A stretch of DNA of 63,825 nucleotides, counting the filler, from Octopus bimaculoides (Eukaryota): assembly GCF_001194135.2 (NCBI RefSeq). It is 4 parts of 3 records of this genome, joined end to end, with 100 filler letters (N's around TTAATTAATTAA, not from the genome) between each part and the next. Parts side by side here need not be neighbours in the genome. Positions count along the whole stretch, not along the records: positions 60,104 to 63,825 come from NC_068987.1; 3 more parts are not named here. The stretch is one strand, 5' to 3'. Below, one piece after another: positions 60,645 through 63,825 of this stretch; the first letter of the stretch is position 1, and the number at the start of each line of letters is the position of its first letter. A model generated the notes under the pieces. That model saw nothing but the letters and a program-made list of their open reading frames with translations, did not search any database and was not told the DNA's origin. The position numbers and the translations under genes are program-made.

Positions 60645-63600
60645 TACGCAAATACGCATGCGCGAGCGTTAACGATGAATAATGCATTAGTATGATTGTG
60701 TATGAACAATTCATTCGAGGACTACTTAATACAGATCGTGCTATCGTTCATAAAGAAAACAACGTAAACTTTATAATGGTCTATATTACAGTTGCGTGTG
60801 TTACATTTTGCCTTAAACTGAACCAAACATCTTCGTAAATTTTACTAGGGTAGATACTGTGGACTTATTTTTACATCTTGGGAGTAGTTTCTCAAAAGCA
60901 GGATCTCCTAGATGATGATAATTGGCGTGATTATATTGTGGTATCATCAGACGAACTACAGTCAATGTCTATAAGCAGCGCTTTGTGACGGTCCAACTGT
61001 GTCTATAGGATTTGTCCTGTGGCGGTCTAACTGTGTTTGCCTTAGGCGTGGATAACGTGTAGTTGAAATGTGAAAGGTCTTTGAAAGATTTAGTCAAAAT
61101 GTTTGAGACGCGAATTTTAATTATCGAAGACGTTACTGTCTCCAGTCCTCGTGCTCATGGAGGCCATTAACCGGTTTTCATGGCGATATATGATCGAGAT
61201 CACGATATTGACCCTCAACAGGACGCCAGTCCGTCGCAGGTATATTCATTTGCAGCAATGAGAAATGAAGTGTTTTGCAATGGAACAATGGGAAATGAAG
61301 TGTTTGCTCAAGAATACAATGCACTACTGGTCCAGGAATCGAAACCACCATCCTGCGATCATAAGTTCCACATCCTGACCAATAAGCCACGCGCCTTCAC
61401 CGTTCCAAGTGGTTGACTCTAAAACCAGATCTGTGTGGTTTTAGAGTTTTAGGTTTGGCTTTTTCTTAGACCATTAATTAAATGCTTGGCAATGCGTGTC
61501 AGTGATATAATCAAAGTACATTCTTCTTAAATGAAGTGGAAATTGGGAAGCGGCTTCGGTAGAAAAAACTTTTTAAAATATTATGAAGACTGCATAAACA
61601 CAATCTGCAACACCTAAGGATAAATATGAGTAGGAGGAGCTGGAAGTCAATCAAAATGTTGAAAGGTATTCTGTTAAAATAAAAGTGCAGCCTGCTTGAA
61701 AAGGAGTAGTTACAAATATTTCGAGCTGAACCGTGCCTCACATGAAGGCATCATTCCAAACCAGCCTATTAATTCCAGTGCGACTCCTGTGAATTTGCTC
61801 TTGTTTCGTAGCGAAGCCATTTCAATCTCCATATCCGTAAGTGCATAAATCTAACTTTGGCGGCCGAAGACATATACACAAGAGTCTCCTTCCCCAGACG
61901 GGTCCGATCATTACGTGAAGCTGCTGTCGTGTTTCCTATAGTTATTATATATTGTCAGCTGGGGTTTTTAGAGTCATCTCCGAGTTCTTGACTGTGTGAT
62001 ATCGAGAAGTTTGAATGTATATCGAATGATGAGACGGTTGCCACACGACAAGCTGAAGCAGCCCTCATGGATACATAAATGACGCAGGTAAAATAGTATG
62101 TTGTTATGAAGCCTTTTTCGCCCCTTGGGGGTTCTACATTCGATCCTACCGAGAGGAACAGTGTATGTATGTGGTTGTGTGATAAGAAGCTTGCTTTCCA
62201 ACCACACAGTTCCGGGTTCGGTCACCTTGGGTAACTGTCCTCTACTCTAGCTCCGGGCCGACCTAAGCGTTGTGAGTGGATTTGGCAGACGGGTGTGTGT
62301 TTGTGTGTGTGTGTGTGGGTGTATACTGAGATAGAAAGATTCATATTATGACAGGGAAAATGATTTTATTGGTTCGGCAGCTTATATGCATGGCATAGGA
62401 AACTTTGATCAGAACTGACCTACAGCTGTAGAGTAACAACAGACAAATTTAGACCCACCTGTCTGTGAAAATACGCGATCTACATAACAAAGAGTTTAGG
62501 AAACACATTCACATAATCCAGTTGATGATGCTATCTCTTGTTACCTGCAGCTGATGGAATCGACGTAAGAACTTCTGAAAGGTCATTCAACCCACTAGAA
62601 GTAGCAGCCAAATATCTTTCAATTTGTAATTACCACCTTAAAATATATTAATGTTAAGTAAGGTACTGTAGGTTGGGATGTAATACACTCATTTAAATGG
62701 GATGGTCACGGTTTGAATATCTTTGATTACAGACCTGTTGGACCAGAGCTGACCCAGAGGTAAACAATCATTCAATCAAAATATTGAATCTACACAACGA
62801 ACGACGTGGGGAAAGAAGTAATAAGCATACGACACATCCGTATCAAAATACTAATGATTTTACCACAAATTAATTAGCCGGCGATTTTCCTTTCAATTTG
62901 CTTCAAAGAACGACTTAATGAATACAGGACAAAGCTTATGAAAAGATAACCAATAAAAGACGGAGGTAAATTATCTTTTAAGTGACACACGAATTCCCCT
63001 AGGGAAAGATTATCTTCCACGGATTATACTAAATCTCAACTAGCAGACGACCTACAAAATATTCATTCTATATGTAACTGGAAAATCTAAGAGTTGTGGA
63101 TGTAGAGATTCATTAGACAGCATAATTCATAACTACAGCTAACAGCTAATGGATGATATATAAATATAACACAAATGTTAATCTGCAAAACTTTAACAAA
63201 AGATTATACTTTATGAAACTTCAACAAAAGATGTTGCTCACTGGTGATCATCTTGTAAAATAAAAACCAAAACAAAACAAAAAAAAATCATATGAACCAT
63301 GCTATAGACGACAAACATAAGTTGCCTTGCATTAAGTCTTTAATATCAGCCTACTGACGTCACAGAAATCTTGCCAGTGAATGATATAGAAAGACAGGCA
63401 AGGAAATAGCACAAAGGAAAAGAGATAACTACGGACTAAATGATATCAAGAAATCACTCAACAGACTGCATACTGAGACATAACCTAATTAACGGTATAG
63501 AGAAACCACAATCGATTCGTAGATATCGCATGGCTACTGATACAGAAAAATCCCCCAGCAGACGACATCTTTCAATGAACAATATCTACAAAAATAATCA

Positions 63601-63825
63601 TACAATAAATTATGAACGAATATTTTCCATTAAAATACGATTTCTGAATAGATGACACACAGAGAAAACGTCATGCAAATGAAAAAGAGAAAATCGGTCA
63701 AAAGTAACACACACACACACACACACACATACATACACACACACACACACACACTCAAACACGTCGTAAACAGATAGTGAAGAATCAATAACCTATCAGA
63801 CAAGATATATACATATATATATATA

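Noticed and set aside
8378-60709. [12 protein letters not shown], poly-T/H/V, LSIY and FFLS-type ORFs
   Set aside because: Translations of microsatellites, with no coding signal.
61180-61416. 78-aa ORF
   Set aside because: It is the reverse strand of a family C SINE.

Overview
AT-rich, repeat-dense animal genomic DNA from a gapped draft assembly. The SINE, RTE and microsatellite content suggests an octopus-like cephalopod (inference). Main gene: 14 + strand exons (22979-50277) with fully compatible phases, joining into about 2,197 stop-free codons. They encode a large lipid transfer protein (apolipophorin/apoB/vitellogenin family) and include one 3,303-nt exon; both gene ends are missing. 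A single exon at 113-207 resembles the C-terminal part of the alanyl-tRNA editing protein AARSD1. The rest is tRNA-derived SINEs, RTE, CR1 and R4/Dong-like LINE fragments, mariner relics, Penelope-like terminal-repeat remnants, microsatellites and N gaps. Three gaps are artificial 44N-TTAATTAATTAA-44N joins. Most notable unannotated signal: eight type I hammerhead-ribozyme-like motifs from several unrelated sequence families, including a canonical intact one at 54674-54764. Also notable are tandem arrays that begin at or just after 5' splice sites of the lipoprotein gene. All folding, alignment and translation was done by eye, and repeat boundaries are approximate.
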